From NCBI GenBank assembly GCA_050872545.1, contig JBNMHA010000002.1:1-63132 (forward strand): DNA of 63,132 bases. Reading direction: 5' to 3'. Made by a program: the position numbers and the translations under genes. Below the pieces are notes generated by a model. That model ran no database searches. It saw only the letters and a list, made by a program, of their open reading frames with translations, and was not told where the DNA came from. Below, piece after piece: positions 11,001 through 20,127 of this stretch. Position 1 is the first letter of the stretch; every line of letters starts with the position of its first letter. Origin of the DNA: Spirochaetales bacterium (lineage in GTDB: Bacteria; Spirochaetota; GWE2-31-10).

Positions 11001-11311
11001 AAAAGCGCGGTCATACAGATGTTGCACTTGCGCCACATCCGGGAGACGGTACACCGAATGTTCTTGATATGATTCGTCAGAACAACTTTGATATTATCAT
11101 TAATATTCCGACAAAAGGAAAAAATATAAGCAAACTCGGCTTTAAAATCCGTCGGCTTGCGGTGGAATATAAAGTTTCGTGCATAACATCATTTGATACA
11201 ACAATGAGCATTTTGAATGCACTCGACAGAGAAAAATCATCTGAAATTGTGCCGGTTTGTTCATTGAATGAATATCTGGAAAAATTCCCGGTAAAAAAAA
11301 TAAATCCGTAA
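8039..11311 (+). CDS. carB: Carbamoyl-phosphate synthase large subunit
   Basis: 1090 aa. Duplicated ATP-grasp halves and an MGS-like C-terminus. Confidence 0.96.
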   Translation: MPLDKSIKSVLIIGSGPIIIGQAAEFDYAGSQACKALKEEGLRVILVNSNPATIMTDLNMADSTYLEPLNVNSLEKIIDKERPDGLLPTLGGQTGLNLAVELSEKGILDKYGVKLLGTSLSAIKQAEDRELFKELMQKIGEPIADSQIINNLTDAVAFANKAGYPLIIRPAYTMGGLGGGIANNEEELVNICSLGLKHSRIHQVLLEQSVAGWKEIEYEVMRDANGTCITVCNMENIDPVGIHTGDSIVLAPSQTLCDQEYQMLRTSALKIINALKIEGGCNVQFALDPYSKNYIIIEVNPRVSRSSALASKATGYPIAKVSAKIAIGLHLDEIQNSVTKKTLACFEPTLDYIVTKIPRWPFDKFTSADRKLGTQMKATGEIMSIDRTIEGSIMKGIRSLEIKVDGPRMPDLDKEETEVLEEMIRRADDRRLFAIFELLRRNYPVGKIIQITKMDIFFIKKFENIILLEKEAQQKLTQDVIAEQNPSDEVKDLVKRLKRCGFADTYLSRIAGVPHLTFRAFRKRCNVIPVYKMVDTCSAEFEAMTPYYYSTYEQEDEVEVSNDVRKMIVLGAGPIRIGQGIEFDYCSVRSVWGLKEENIQSIIINNNPETVSTDFDTSDKLYFEPLNIEDVLNVVEKENPEGVIVQFGGQTAINLAGKLHEAGVKILGSSVQTIDDAEDRDKFSQILQRAGVPQAEGRAVHSFEEALGVTNRLGYPVLVRPSYVIGGHAMEIVYNDDELFSYMRFATKISPDHPVLVDKYLLGKEVEVDAICDGTDTFIPGIFEHIERAGVHSGDSMAVYPPTGLSDEEISTIKRHTIALGKELGTIGLMNVQYVISNGKVYCIEVNPRASRTVPVLSKVTNIPMVKIATKIMSGKTLKDLGYSSGLLEMPSYCTIKAPVFSFDKLKMVEPGLGPEMKSTGEVLGLGLNRMDALYNAVTGSGIQVPDSGHILLSVAQKDREELLGFVPKLQNLGYKLSATKGTYEFLQKRGHTDVALAPHPGDGTPNVLDMIRQNNFDIIINIPTKGKNISKLGFKIRRLAVEYKVSCITSFDTTMSILNALDREKSSEIVPVCSLNEYLEKFPVKKINP

Positions 11312-11318
11312 CTAACAA

Positions 11319-11355
11319 TGAGGCTGCCTAATATTTTCAGGCAGCCTCATTTTTT
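11319..11355 (+). terminator. Rho-independent terminator of the arg/car operon
   Basis: Perfect 11-bp stem tgaggctgcct/aggcagcctca, 9-nt loop, T6 run. Confidence 0.85.
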
Positions 11356-11370
11356 ATTAAATTAGAGTTT

Positions 11371-11640
11371 ATGAAGATATTAGCTGATTTACCAGAAATG
11401 ACACTTTTCTTTTCTTCAATTTTTAACTTCCTGCGCAAATACAGAATTCATTCGTTTATAGATCACATGTCAGATTATTCACAGTTGTACGATATTCTGA
11501 TTTCTTCACAACTTGAACAGCTGCGTTATTATCATAGAATGGATCAGTACGTTTTTAAACTTTACAATGCAAATAATCGACTGGTTGATTTAGTTTATTT
11601 GTTTTGCTTTGGGGTAAACGGCGGAACAAACGATCAGTAA
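11371..11640 (+). CDS. Hypothetical small ORF (89 aa), doubtful
   Basis: Open frame only. No convincing RBS and no recognisable motif. Confidence 0.2.
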   Translation: MKILADLPEMTLFFSSIFNFLRKYRIHSFIDHMSDYSQLYDILISSQLEQLRYYHRMDQYVFKLYNANNRLVDLVYLFCFGVNGGTNDQ

Positions 11641-11643
11641 ATT

Positions 11644-11850
11644 ATGATTACTCTTAATAATGAAAAAATAAGAGTGGAAATCATCATCACCGACAACAGA
11701 GAACTTCCAGTAATGAAATATTCCACTCAAGAGAAAAAACTTACCGCCTTTTGGGAAAAGAAAGAACCGGCGCGAGACAGAATGACTCAAACTGATTGGG
11801 AAGCATTTCTTGAAACTCATAACAAGCAGTACCCGCGCAGAATGAAATAG
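11644..11850 (+). CDS. Hypothetical small ORF (68 aa), doubtful
   Basis: Open frame starting 3 nt after the previous ORF. No RBS and no motif. Confidence 0.2.
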   Translation: MITLNNEKIRVEIIITDNRELPVMKYSTQEKKLTAFWEKKEPARDRMTQTDWEAFLETHNKQYPRRMK

Positions 11851-11855
11851 TTTTT

Positions 11856-12320
11856 TTAAATATCAAATTCAATAGCTGACAGCGCATTATAAATTTCAGT
11901 TTCGTTTTGTGCAGAAAGTATTTTGTTTCGTTTCTCTTCATCTTTCCAAACAAGAACTGAATTAGCAAGAATTTTTAAGTATTCCTTATGTGTGTCTTGA
12001 GGTGACGCAATTAAAATTGCAAAATTAACAGGCTGATTATCAATAGAATTCCATTCGCATCCGGCACCGCGGATAAGTACGGCAGATGCGACAAAGTCCT
12101 TTATAATATTACGGCGAGTATGAGGAATGGCAAGTCCAACGCCGATTCCAGTAGAAATTATATTTTCACGTTCAAGTATTAATTCTCTTAATTTAGTATG
12201 ATTGGTAATCTTTTTAGAATTTTTCAGCAGTTCCAACAATTTATCAATAACAGCTTTATGTTCCACATTTTCCATAATTGCGATTGCATCTTTTTCAATA
12301 ATATCTGTCATATTTTTCAT
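11856..12320 (-). CDS. ptsN: PTS EIIA type-2 (nitrogen-regulatory PtsN-like) protein
   Basis: 154 aa. GIGVGLAIPH active-site His motif. Confidence 0.75.
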   Translation of the reverse strand: MKNMTDIIEKDAIAIMENVEHKAVIDKLLELLKNSKKITNHTKLRELILERENIISTGIGVGLAIPHTRRNIIKDFVASAVLIRGAGCEWNSIDNQPVNFAILIASPQDTHKEYLKILANSVLVWKDEEKRNKILSAQNETEIYNALSAIEFDI

Positions 12321-12487
12321 AATATATTTTCCTCCAGTTTTTTTACTATATCAAAAATTATACCTTTTAACACCTGTTTTCTGCTTTAAATAAAATCAAC
12401 TAGCCATATATTTTTTGTTAAGGAAAAAAATAAATATCCGAGAAATACAGGGTATAGAAACGGCGAATTTCGGGAGGTCTTATTATA

Positions 12488-13497
12488 ATGAAACGCTTTT
12501 TTATTGTCACATTACTATTTTATTCTTTTGCAATAAATGCATCACCTATTTTTAACAGAATCACTAACGATTCAGGTGATAAAAAAAATCCGTTTTTCCC
12601 GATGACTGTAGGTCAAATCAGAGAATTTTCAAAAGAAGAAAACGGAACTACATCAACTTGTACTTGGAAAACCGACGGAGTCTTTCAGATAACAGATGAC
12701 ACAAATAAATTGAAAGATCAAAAAGCTTATCAATTCACCGATTCATCAAACGGAGATGTTTTTTACTTCACAAATTATGACGGTTTTATCTGCAAATATG
12801 CAAAAAGCGAAGACGGAGCATATAAATTGACACGTATGCTTCCGGAAAATATTGTCGAAGATTACAATTGGATCAGCAACAACATAACTTTCATCATTAC
12901 CGATGTAAGCATTGATTATGTAACTGTCGAATTTTTTGATAACCAAAAGGATGTTTCCGGATATAACAAATTCAAAAAAGAATCAGGTCCTTGTGAAATA
13001 TACGTCAATGACGCTACTGCTACAAAAAAGCATGACATGCTTGCCAAATTAAAGAACTTTTCATCCGATTCAAATATCCGCAGTTCGGCAGAATTACCGG
13101 CGACTAACGAAACAGGCAGTGTCGTAAAAAACCCTGATATTAAAGAAAAATCTCCGGTTGCTAAAGAAGCAGAAGAAATTGTTGTTGTTCCGGAACCTGT
13201 AATCGAGAAAAAAGCCGCTGAAACCAAAACGCAGCCGGGCTCTTCACAGGTAATCGCAATAAACACAATGCAGAAAAATTTCTACTATATACAAGTAGGT
13301 TCTTTTGTGAAAAAGAAAATGCATTCGGTATATGCGCCGAAATCAGACAAAAAGGTTTTCAATCGGTTGTCTTTGAAGACAAAGACGGGACTTTCAAAGT
13401 TTTAATTGAAGGTAATTCAAAAATGGATGAAACTCTGTCACTGTTAAGAACTCAAGTAACATCAGGTGCTTTTGTAAAAAAGAGAATGGGCAAATAA
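12488..13497 (+). pseudogene. Secreted SPOR-domain protein interrupted by a 1-nt frameshift inside the SPOR domain
   Basis: The ORF 12488-13405 ends ...YYIQVGSFVKKKMHS... The rest of the SPOR domain (EKENAFGICAEIRQKGFQSVVFEDKDGTFKVLIEG...KRMGK*) continues in another frame to 13497. The switch lies at tcttttgtgaaaaag, 13301-13315. Confidence 0.65.
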
Positions 13498-13516
13498 AAC
13501 AAATTAATAAATAAAC

Positions 13517-13565
13517 AAAAAGGCTGTCCGTGAAAGTTTTAAACTTCCGGGCAGCCTTTTATTTT
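13517..13565. terminator. Bidirectional terminator between convergent genes
   Basis: ggctgtccg/cgggcagcc stem (one G-T pair) flanked by an A-run and a T-run. Confidence 0.7.
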
Positions 13566-15114
13566 ACTCGATTATCTTCAATCTTTTCATATCAATCGTA
13601 TCATTCATTATGTTATCTATTCCGGCGACATAATCATTTATTAATTTTTCGATAGGAATGTAAGTATAAATTTTATTCTTCTCTCTTTCAAAGAAATAAT
13701 ACGTATCGCCGCCGTTTGCCAAGAAATCGCTTATAGCAACCTTATAAATTTTATCATCAACAACTTTTTTTTGGTAAATACGCAAATCGGTAACCTTTTT
13801 ATCTTTTGCAGAATATTCAACTGTCATTCCGCTGAAAATCAAAAACTGTCCGTATCCGCGGCGAATCATTGAATATTCAACAATATTTTTTAATTCATCA
13901 CCGCGCAAATTAACAATAACTGCATCATTATCGTACTTCAAAATACCGGAAGCAAAAGTGTACTCCAAGTTTTTTTTCTTAGATAAATCAACTTCTTTGA
14001 ACAATCCGGCATTTAAAAATGCCACATCCGCGCCGGTTCCTACTCGAAGAGCATCAGTCGCAATACAGCAAAGCTTTGTGAAATTATCCATTTTTCCAAC
14101 AGAAGAAAATTCCGTTGCAATAACATTTGTTCCGGCAGCTGATGACAACTTGCCGCTGACTTTTTCCGTAATTTTTTCCAATCGCTGCAAAAGCTTCTTG
14201 TTTTCCGGGATTTGTTCCGAAATAAGTCTACCGTTGATATGAACATTTACAGGATAGAATTGCTCGGATACAATATTCAGCTGATTTTTATCTCCGTCAG
14301 TACCTTTTTTAACAAGTTTAAATGTTACATCTCCAAGATACATTCCGTTTTTTTCAATTGTATAAATTCTTGTTCCATTTACATTGAAAATTTTATTCTT
14401 ATTCGCACCATAGGAACCTTCTATTATCAAATCAATGCTCGGATACAAAGATGCCAGAAAACCAGCTCCGGATTTCAAATCAGAATGATAATCAATATTT
14501 GTTAATGCAACAATTACATCAACCTTTTCCTTTTCTTTCATTTTCAGCAAAACTTTTTCCATTACAACAATTGGATTTTCTACAGTTATTTCGTTTTTGG
14601 CTTCATTCGACAACGCCAGATAAACATTTTCACTCAATGCAGAAATGAAACCGATTTTTATTCCATTTACTGTTTTTATGAAATAAGGTTCCGCAATTCT
14701 TTTGCCTTTCAAAGTTTTAACATTGCAGTTCACCATAGCAAAGGATGATTTCTTATACAAACTATTGTAACCGGCTAAACTTCTGTTTATTTCATTAAAG
14801 CCAACGCCCGAAACATCATAGCCAATCATATTCATTGCAGTGTAATCCGCAGCACCGTCAGTCAAAGCCGAAAGGTAATATTCACTGACAAAATTTCCAG
14901 TATCGACAAGTACAATATTATTACCGCCGTCTTTCTTCAGTTCGTCAATCAAAGTCTTTCTTGCGGAATAGCCGGCTTGATTTTCACCTTCGTCATCTAC
15001 AAATTTCAAAGACCTGCCTAATGTTGAACCGGAAAAAAGAATACGCACTTCATTTTCTGCCCAAGCAGACACTGCAAAAACTAAAAATATAAAGCAATAA
15101 AAAAATTTCCTCAT
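13564..15114 (-). CDS. Secreted 5'-nucleotidase/UshA-like protein with degenerate metallophosphatase motifs
   Basis: 516 aa with a signal peptide. Layout is UshA-like, but DxH, GD and GNHE are replaced by SGSTLG, DTGNF and GFNEIN. Confidence 0.6.
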   Translation of the reverse strand: MRKFFYCFIFLVFAVSAWAENEVRILFSGSTLGRSLKFVDDEGENQAGYSARKTLIDELKKDGGNNIVLVDTGNFVSEYYLSALTDGAADYTAMNMIGYDVSGVGFNEINRSLAGYNSLYKKSSFAMVNCNVKTLKGKRIAEPYFIKTVNGIKIGFISALSENVYLALSNEAKNEITVENPIVVMEKVLLKMKEKEKVDVIVALTNIDYHSDLKSGAGFLASLYPSIDLIIEGSYGANKNKIFNVNGTRIYTIEKNGMYLGDVTFKLVKKGTDGDKNQLNIVSEQFYPVNVHINGRLISEQIPENKKLLQRLEKITEKVSGKLSSAAGTNVIATEFSSVGKMDNFTKLCCIATDALRVGTGADVAFLNAGLFKEVDLSKKKNLEYTFASGILKYDNDAVIVNLRGDELKNIVEYSMIRRGYGQFLIFSGMTVEYSAKDKKVTDLRIYQKKVVDDKIYKVAISDFLANGGDTYYFFEREKNKIYTYIPIEKLINDYVAGIDNIMNDTIDMKRLKIIE

Positions 15115-15251
15115 TAATTAATCTCCTCTCTAAAAAAATTGTCGGTAAAAGTATCTATAAAAAAAATCCTGCTTTAGCTTCACTATAATGAAATAATTCG
15201 TTATTATGTCAAAATTCATATTAATTTATCAACTATATTAAGGAAGAAATT

Positions 15252-15503
15252 ATGTCAGAAGAAGCGAATATTATAGCTAAAATCGGCGTAAATACCGAAC
15301 CGCCTGCAAAAGAACCAATTTTTATTTCACTAAGCAGTTATATGAACAAAAAATATCTTGATATTAGAAAATATTATAAGGACAGCTCCAACGAGTTTAA
15401 GCCAACAAAAAAAGGCATTACAATGACATTGCCGCAGCTTAAAGATTTTATGAAATCAATCGATGAAAATATGACAAATATTGAAAATTGGTTTGGCAGC
15501 TGA
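15252..15503 (+). CDS. PC4/YdbC-like small ssDNA-binding protein
   Basis: 83 aa. The pattern ISLSSYMNKKYLDIRKYY...FKPTKKGITMTLPQL resembles bacterial PC4-like proteins. Confidence 0.5.
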   Translation: MSEEANIIAKIGVNTEPPAKEPIFISLSSYMNKKYLDIRKYYKDSSNEFKPTKKGITMTLPQLKDFMKSIDENMTNIENWFGS

Positions 15504-15564
15504 ACCAAAAATTACTTGTTTTTTTCTATCCTAAATACTATACCTACAAAAAAAGGAGCAATTA

Positions 15565-16977
15565 ATGAAAAAGAAAGAACGACTCTTTTGGATCTGTTCT
15601 GTTTGCGTGCTTTTAGCATTTTGTACATTCAATGTTTTTGTGAATAATGCATCAGCTGCCAATTTTACTCAGGCATTTCCATATATGAACAAATTTATCA
15701 GCGTATTTAATGCGATAAAATCAGATTATGTTGATGCTGATAAACTTGATGACAAAACATTAATCAACGGAGCAATAAAAGGAATGCTGGACGCAATCGG
15801 TGACCCGTACACTGTTTACCTCAGTGAAAAAGATGTTAAAGATTTGCAAACAACAACGACCGGAACATTTGCCGGTGTCGGAATGATTATTACCGAGAAA
15901 GAAGGATATATCGGCGTTGTATCTCCGATAGAAGGGACTCCGGCATTCAGAAAAGGAATGAAATCCGGTGATTTACTAATATCCGTAAATGGTGAAACTT
16001 TAAAAGGCGTTTCTGTTTCCGATGCAGCAGACAAACTGAAAGGCGCACCGGGAACAAGCGTAAATATTGAGTTCCTGCGAGACGAAGTAAAGTATGAAGT
16101 AGAGCTTGTCCGCGCTATAATTGATTTACCTACAGTAAAGCATGACATTATAAATAACGAAATCGGTTATCTTCGTATAACTCAATTTTCCGGAACAACA
16201 GATAAACATGTCAAAGAAGCTTTGCAAGATTTTAAAGCAAAAAAAGTGAAAGGCATAATAATGGATCTGCGAATGAACCCGGGCGGATTACTAAGTTCTG
16301 CAATAAGCATTGTCGATTTCTTTCAAGACAAAGGAACAATCGTATCAACAAAAGGACGACGGCTGAAAGAGCAAACTGTTAATTCAGCAAGTTCATTTAA
16401 TACTATCATTGCGAAAGACATTCCGGTTGTGGTTTTAATTGACAGCGGTTCAGCCAGTGCATCGGAAATTGTATCCGGTGCATTGAAAGATACAAAGCGT
16501 GGAATTTTAGTCGGTGAAAAATCTTTCGGTAAAGGTTCAGTTCAGAGTATTCAATTTCTGCCGGACGGTACTGACGGATTCAAAATGACAACTGCAAAGT
16601 ATTATACTCCGTCAGGTGTTTCAATACACGGAATTGGAATCGAACCGGATATTACAATAAAGGAACCGGAACTAACAGAAGACGAACGTGAAGGTCTGAA
16701 AAAAATTTATAAGGATAAAATCATCGATGAGTTTGTAAAACTGCATAAGAATCCAACAGATAAAGATATTGACTCATTCTTAGTTGACCTAAAAAGCAAA
16801 GGTTACGTTTTTACGGATAGAATGATGCGTCGACTTTTGAAAAATACTTTGGATTATGAAAACACTTCTGCACCTATATATGATTTGGAATATGATATTC
16901 AATTGCAGAAAGCAATGGAAATTTTAACAAACGGTTCAATTAAATACAGCAAGGGTGAATATTCATTGTTAAAATAA
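15565..16977 (+). CDS. ctpA: Carboxy-terminal processing protease (S41)
   Basis: 470 aa. Signal peptide, PDZ region, GSASASEI active-site Ser, catalytic Lys region. Confidence 0.9.
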   Translation: MKKKERLFWICSVCVLLAFCTFNVFVNNASAANFTQAFPYMNKFISVFNAIKSDYVDADKLDDKTLINGAIKGMLDAIGDPYTVYLSEKDVKDLQTTTTGTFAGVGMIITEKEGYIGVVSPIEGTPAFRKGMKSGDLLISVNGETLKGVSVSDAADKLKGAPGTSVNIEFLRDEVKYEVELVRAIIDLPTVKHDIINNEIGYLRITQFSGTTDKHVKEALQDFKAKKVKGIIMDLRMNPGGLLSSAISIVDFFQDKGTIVSTKGRRLKEQTVNSASSFNTIIAKDIPVVVLIDSGSASASEIVSGALKDTKRGILVGEKSFGKGSVQSIQFLPDGTDGFKMTTAKYYTPSGVSIHGIGIEPDITIKEPELTEDEREGLKKIYKDKIIDEFVKLHKNPTDKDIDSFLVDLKSKGYVFTDRMMRRLLKNTLDYENTSAPIYDLEYDIQLQKAMEILTNGSIKYSKGEYSLLK

Positions 16978-17004
16978 ATTTTCCAATTTCTACAGAAAAT
17001 TAAC

Positions 17005-17053
17005 AAGGCTGTCCAAGTCGAAAACTCCAAAAAATTACTTATTGGACAGCCTT
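17005..17053 (+). terminator. 12-bp inverted repeat downstream of ctp (possible terminator with a large loop)
   Basis: aaggctgtccaa ... ttggacagcctt followed by a T-rich tail. Confidence 0.45.
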
Positions 17054-17104
17054 TATTATTAATAAAAACAAAACTTCTAATTTTAGAAAACAAGGAAGCA
17101 AAAA

Positions 17105-17593
17105 ATGACAACAAAAGTTGTATATCCGGGAACATTCGATCCGCTTACTTACGGACATCTTGATATAATACAAAGAGCAGCGAACATGTTCGGTGAAGTA
17201 ACGGTTCTTCTGGCGCAAAATCTTTCAAAGAATACTTATTTCACACTGGAAGAAAGAACTGTAATGATAAAAGATGCCGTTAAGGATATGAACCTAGAAA
17301 AAAATGTTCATATTGATTCATATCACGGACTTTTAGTAGAGTACTGCAAACAAAACAATATTACTGTCATTGTAAGAGGAATTCGTCCGCTTGTAGATTT
17401 TGAATACGAATTTGAAATGGCAATGACGAATAGAGAATTATCCAATAATATAGAAACCGTTTTTATTCTGACAGATCAAAAATACTTTTATTTACGCAGC
17501 AGCTTGATTAAAGATTTAGCGACATTAGGCGGAGACATTTCCAATAAAGTTCCGCCTAATGTTTATAAAGCAATAAAAAATAAGTTTTGCTAA
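17105..17593 (+). CDS. coaD: Phosphopantetheine adenylyltransferase
   Basis: 162 aa. YPGTFDPLTYGHLDII motif. Confidence 0.93.
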   Translation: MTTKVVYPGTFDPLTYGHLDIIQRAANMFGEVTVLLAQNLSKNTYFTLEERTVMIKDAVKDMNLEKNVHIDSYHGLLVEYCKQNNITVIVRGIRPLVDFEYEFEMAMTNRELSNNIETVFILTDQKYFYLRSSLIKDLATLGGDISNKVPPNVYKAIKNKFC

Positions 17594-18720
17594 ATTTTTT
17601 TTCCTAATTGCAGAAGCTGCTGTTTTAAAGATTCATTTTCTTTTTTCAGCATTAGATTTTCATATTCCTGATTTGTAACAAGTGCAATCAAATCATTAAT
17701 TGAAAGAAGATTTTCATCTGCCAATTCTGAATATCCTGATATTTTTGATGACAAATCTTCTGTTATTTCATCCATAATTTCTTCATAATCATCAAAATCA
17801 TGAGATGTATTCTGCAATTTGTTAAGTGAGGCAATTTTATACGCTATTTTTGCAATAGAATGATATGTATGGTTCTGTGGCTGGCAAACGGCAAGCGGCT
17901 GCCTTTTGTTTATTGATTCATGAACACTTTTGTCTCTATACAAGAAACCAAGATAATCCATTTCAATATTCAGAAAGGAATGCGTTATTTTACGAACTTT
18001 CTCACCCATTTCAATATCGGTAGGAGAATGTGCCATGTTAATAATAAGTTTAGGCGACATTTCCTTAACAAAATAAACGGCTTTCAAATACGTAGTAGGA
18101 GAAACTTTTTTAATCATCTGCAATAAATCCGATACTTTCCAAGCATTTTCTCCGCCCTTTTTCATTTGTTCATTAAACAACTCTTTCATTTCCGGTATCG
18201 ATTTAAATTCTAAAAATAATCTTCTGAATACCGATGTTTTCAACAAAGAGTAAGCATTTAAAATAGAAGTCAATTCGGGCATGGAAACAAGTATACCGCA
18301 TGAACTTAGAATAAAAAAATCTACTGTATTATAAGATGAGCCTGCACCTAAATCTAAAATAATGTAATCTGCATCTAAATGAAAAATTTGAGATATTAAT
18401 TTTTTCTTTTGAGCAGCAGTAATATTTGCGACTCCAACCATTTCTGCATCACCGGAAATGAAAGAAAGATTTCTGTTCCCTGTAGAAAGAATATAGTCCG
18501 GTAATTTAGAATTTCTTTGATCTAAAAAATTTCCTATTCCATCCGGAGCAACTGAATATCCCATACATGTATGAATATTAGCACCTCCGAAATCAAGATC
18601 CATTAAAATTACTTTTTTCCCTAGATTTGCCAATGCATAAGCAAGATTAACAGAAATTAGAGTTTTGCCGACCCCCCCCTTTCCGCTGGCAATAGGGATA
18701 ATAACCGGTGTGCGTTCCAT
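17590..18720 (-). CDS. ParA/MinD-family P-loop ATPase with C-terminal coiled-coil extension
   Basis: 376 aa. Deviant Walker A SGKGGVGKT. The acidic, coiled-coil tail ends ...LKKENESLKQQLLQL. Confidence 0.85.
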   Translation of the reverse strand: MERTPVIIPIASGKGGVGKTLISVNLAYALANLGKKVILMDLDFGGANIHTCMGYSVAPDGIGNFLDQRNSKLPDYILSTGNRNLSFISGDAEMVGVANITAAQKKKLISQIFHLDADYIILDLGAGSSYNTVDFFILSSCGILVSMPELTSILNAYSLLKTSVFRRLFLEFKSIPEMKELFNEQMKKGGENAWKVSDLLQMIKKVSPTTYLKAVYFVKEMSPKLIINMAHSPTDIEMGEKVRKITHSFLNIEMDYLGFLYRDKSVHESINKRQPLAVCQPQNHTYHSIAKIAYKIASLNKLQNTSHDFDDYEEIMDEITEDLSSKISGYSELADENLLSINDLIALVTNQEYENLMLKKENESLKQQLLQLGKKI

Positions 18721-18729
18721 TTTTTCCCT

Positions 18730-19071
18730 TTAAACATCTGATAAACTATCAATAATTTCTTTTATTTCATTCAATTCAGCAGAAGGCGACAACACCATAC
18801 CTATTTTAATTTTATCATCAGTCACACGATTCACGTAAACTATTCTGCCGGATAATTTTATTTTACGTGAGAAGAAAATAATCTTCAGTTTTTGTCCCAC
18901 ATCATAGTGATTTTCAGTATCATCTGTAAAAAAACTGATTCCGCCTTTACTAAGGTTGGCTAATTCCGCACGCTTTTCATGGAACAAACCTGCCGAGAAA
19001 TTAAACTCTTTTAAATCTTCCGGCACCATTTCAACTGACACCCTACGTTCAGTTCTTAATTCTTCACTCAT
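18730..19071 (-). CDS. PilZ-domain (c-di-GMP binding) protein
   Basis: 113 aa. RTERRVS (RxxxR) and NLSKGGISF (D/NxSxxG) motifs. Confidence 0.75.
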   Translation of the reverse strand: MSEELRTERRVSVEMVPEDLKEFNFSAGLFHEKRAELANLSKGGISFFTDDTENHYDVGQKLKIIFFSRKIKLSGRIVYVNRVTDDKIKIGMVLSPSAELNEIKEIIDSLSDV

Positions 19072-19186
19072 AATAAACCCTCCAAAGTTTTCTTTTAATA
19101 AGCATTATATATTATTTTCCAGATGACTTCCAACTAAAAATATTTTCAATAAGTCGATACATAAAACTAAAATATTTTTCTCACTT

Positions 19187-19206
19187 AATGTTTCACGTGA
19201 AACATT
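19187..19206. repeat. Perfect 20-bp palindrome aatgtttcacgtgaaacatt (copy 1)
   Basis: Identical to 22924-22943, including one flanking t on each side. Confidence 0.95.
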
Positions 19207-19224
19207 TTAACATCAACAGCTAAT

Positions 19225-20046
19225 TCAACATTGAAACTGTTTTTCTAAAAATGCGGCAACCCCACAATCAATATTACGTTCAATGATTCCTGAAGCCGCT
19301 TTTTTCAATTCAGGAAGTGCATTTTCTACTGCATAAAATTCATCACACGCATTAAGCAGAGGCAAATCATTCATATTATCACCAAAACCAATCACTTTAT
19401 CAACATGCAGCCCGGAACGAAGCTTATTCGCAGCGTGAAATTTTGAAGCATTACAACTTGCAATTTCTAAAAAGCAATATCCTGGATTATAAATATCATC
19501 ATAGAAAAACAAATTCAGTCCATTATCTTCTTTTAATTCATTATGAATTGGCTGAAGCTTATCAACAGTATCGCAAACACAAAAATAAATCGGATATTCG
19601 TTCTGTGGTACATCCAGCAATGAAGAAATTTCTATAAAATTTTTCTGCTGTCGCCTAGCCTCATAAAAAGTTTTCATAGGCGGCACTTCAATTTTTTCAT
19701 ACCACGCTGTAAGTCCATTATTCCAAGTATAAAGAAAGCCGTTCTCATTATGTTTTTTAAGACAATTCAAAACATTCAATATTGAAGTATGTGAAATCTT
19801 TTCTATATCAACAGCTTGATTTTCTGCAATGTTGTAAATCATTACTCCGTTCATCAGAATTACCGGACATGATATTTTCAGCCCATTAAGCAAAGGCACC
19901 ACAGTTGCAAAAGTTCGCGCAGTAGCGACAGTAAACATCATTCCTTTATCCAAGAGCGTATTTAACCGAAACTTATTTTCCTCAGACAGCTTTGCATCGT
20001 TATCAAGCAGCGTTCCGTCCAAATCGGAAATATACAAAGTTCTCAT
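19225..20046 (-). CDS. HAD-IIB (Cof-type) phosphatase
   Basis: Start MRTLYISDLDGTLL (DxD motif) and C-terminal GDNMND motif. ATG at 20046 preferred over the longer ORF. Confidence 0.85.
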   Translation of the reverse strand: MRTLYISDLDGTLLDNDAKLSEENKFRLNTLLDKGMMFTVATARTFATVVPLLNGLKISCPVILMNGVMIYNIAENQAVDIEKISHTSILNVLNCLKKHNENGFLYTWNNGLTAWYEKIEVPPMKTFYEARRQQKNFIEISSLLDVPQNEYPIYFCVCDTVDKLQPIHNELKEDNGLNLFFYDDIYNPGYCFLEIASCNASKFHAANKLRSGLHVDKVIGFGDNMNDLPLLNACDEFYAVENALPELKKAASGIIERNIDCGVAAFLEKQFQC

Positions 20047-20127
20047 TTTATATTCCTTATTATTCAAAAAAAGTTTATTACTAGCATGATAATACAAAAA
20101 ATTACTTTGTTGGAGTACTTGCATATT

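Noticed and set aside
17590-17593. 4-nt overlap of the convergent coaD and ParA/MinD 3' ends
   Set aside because: Overlapping stop codons are trivial in a compact genome, and nothing suggests a regulatory role.
19187-19206. Rex/CRP/FNR-type operator assignment for the CACGTG palindrome
   Set aside because: The half-site order (TTTCAC-GTGAAA) is the reverse of the Rex TGTGAA-N-TTCACA arrangement, and the spacing does not fit CRP/FNR boxes. Left unassigned.
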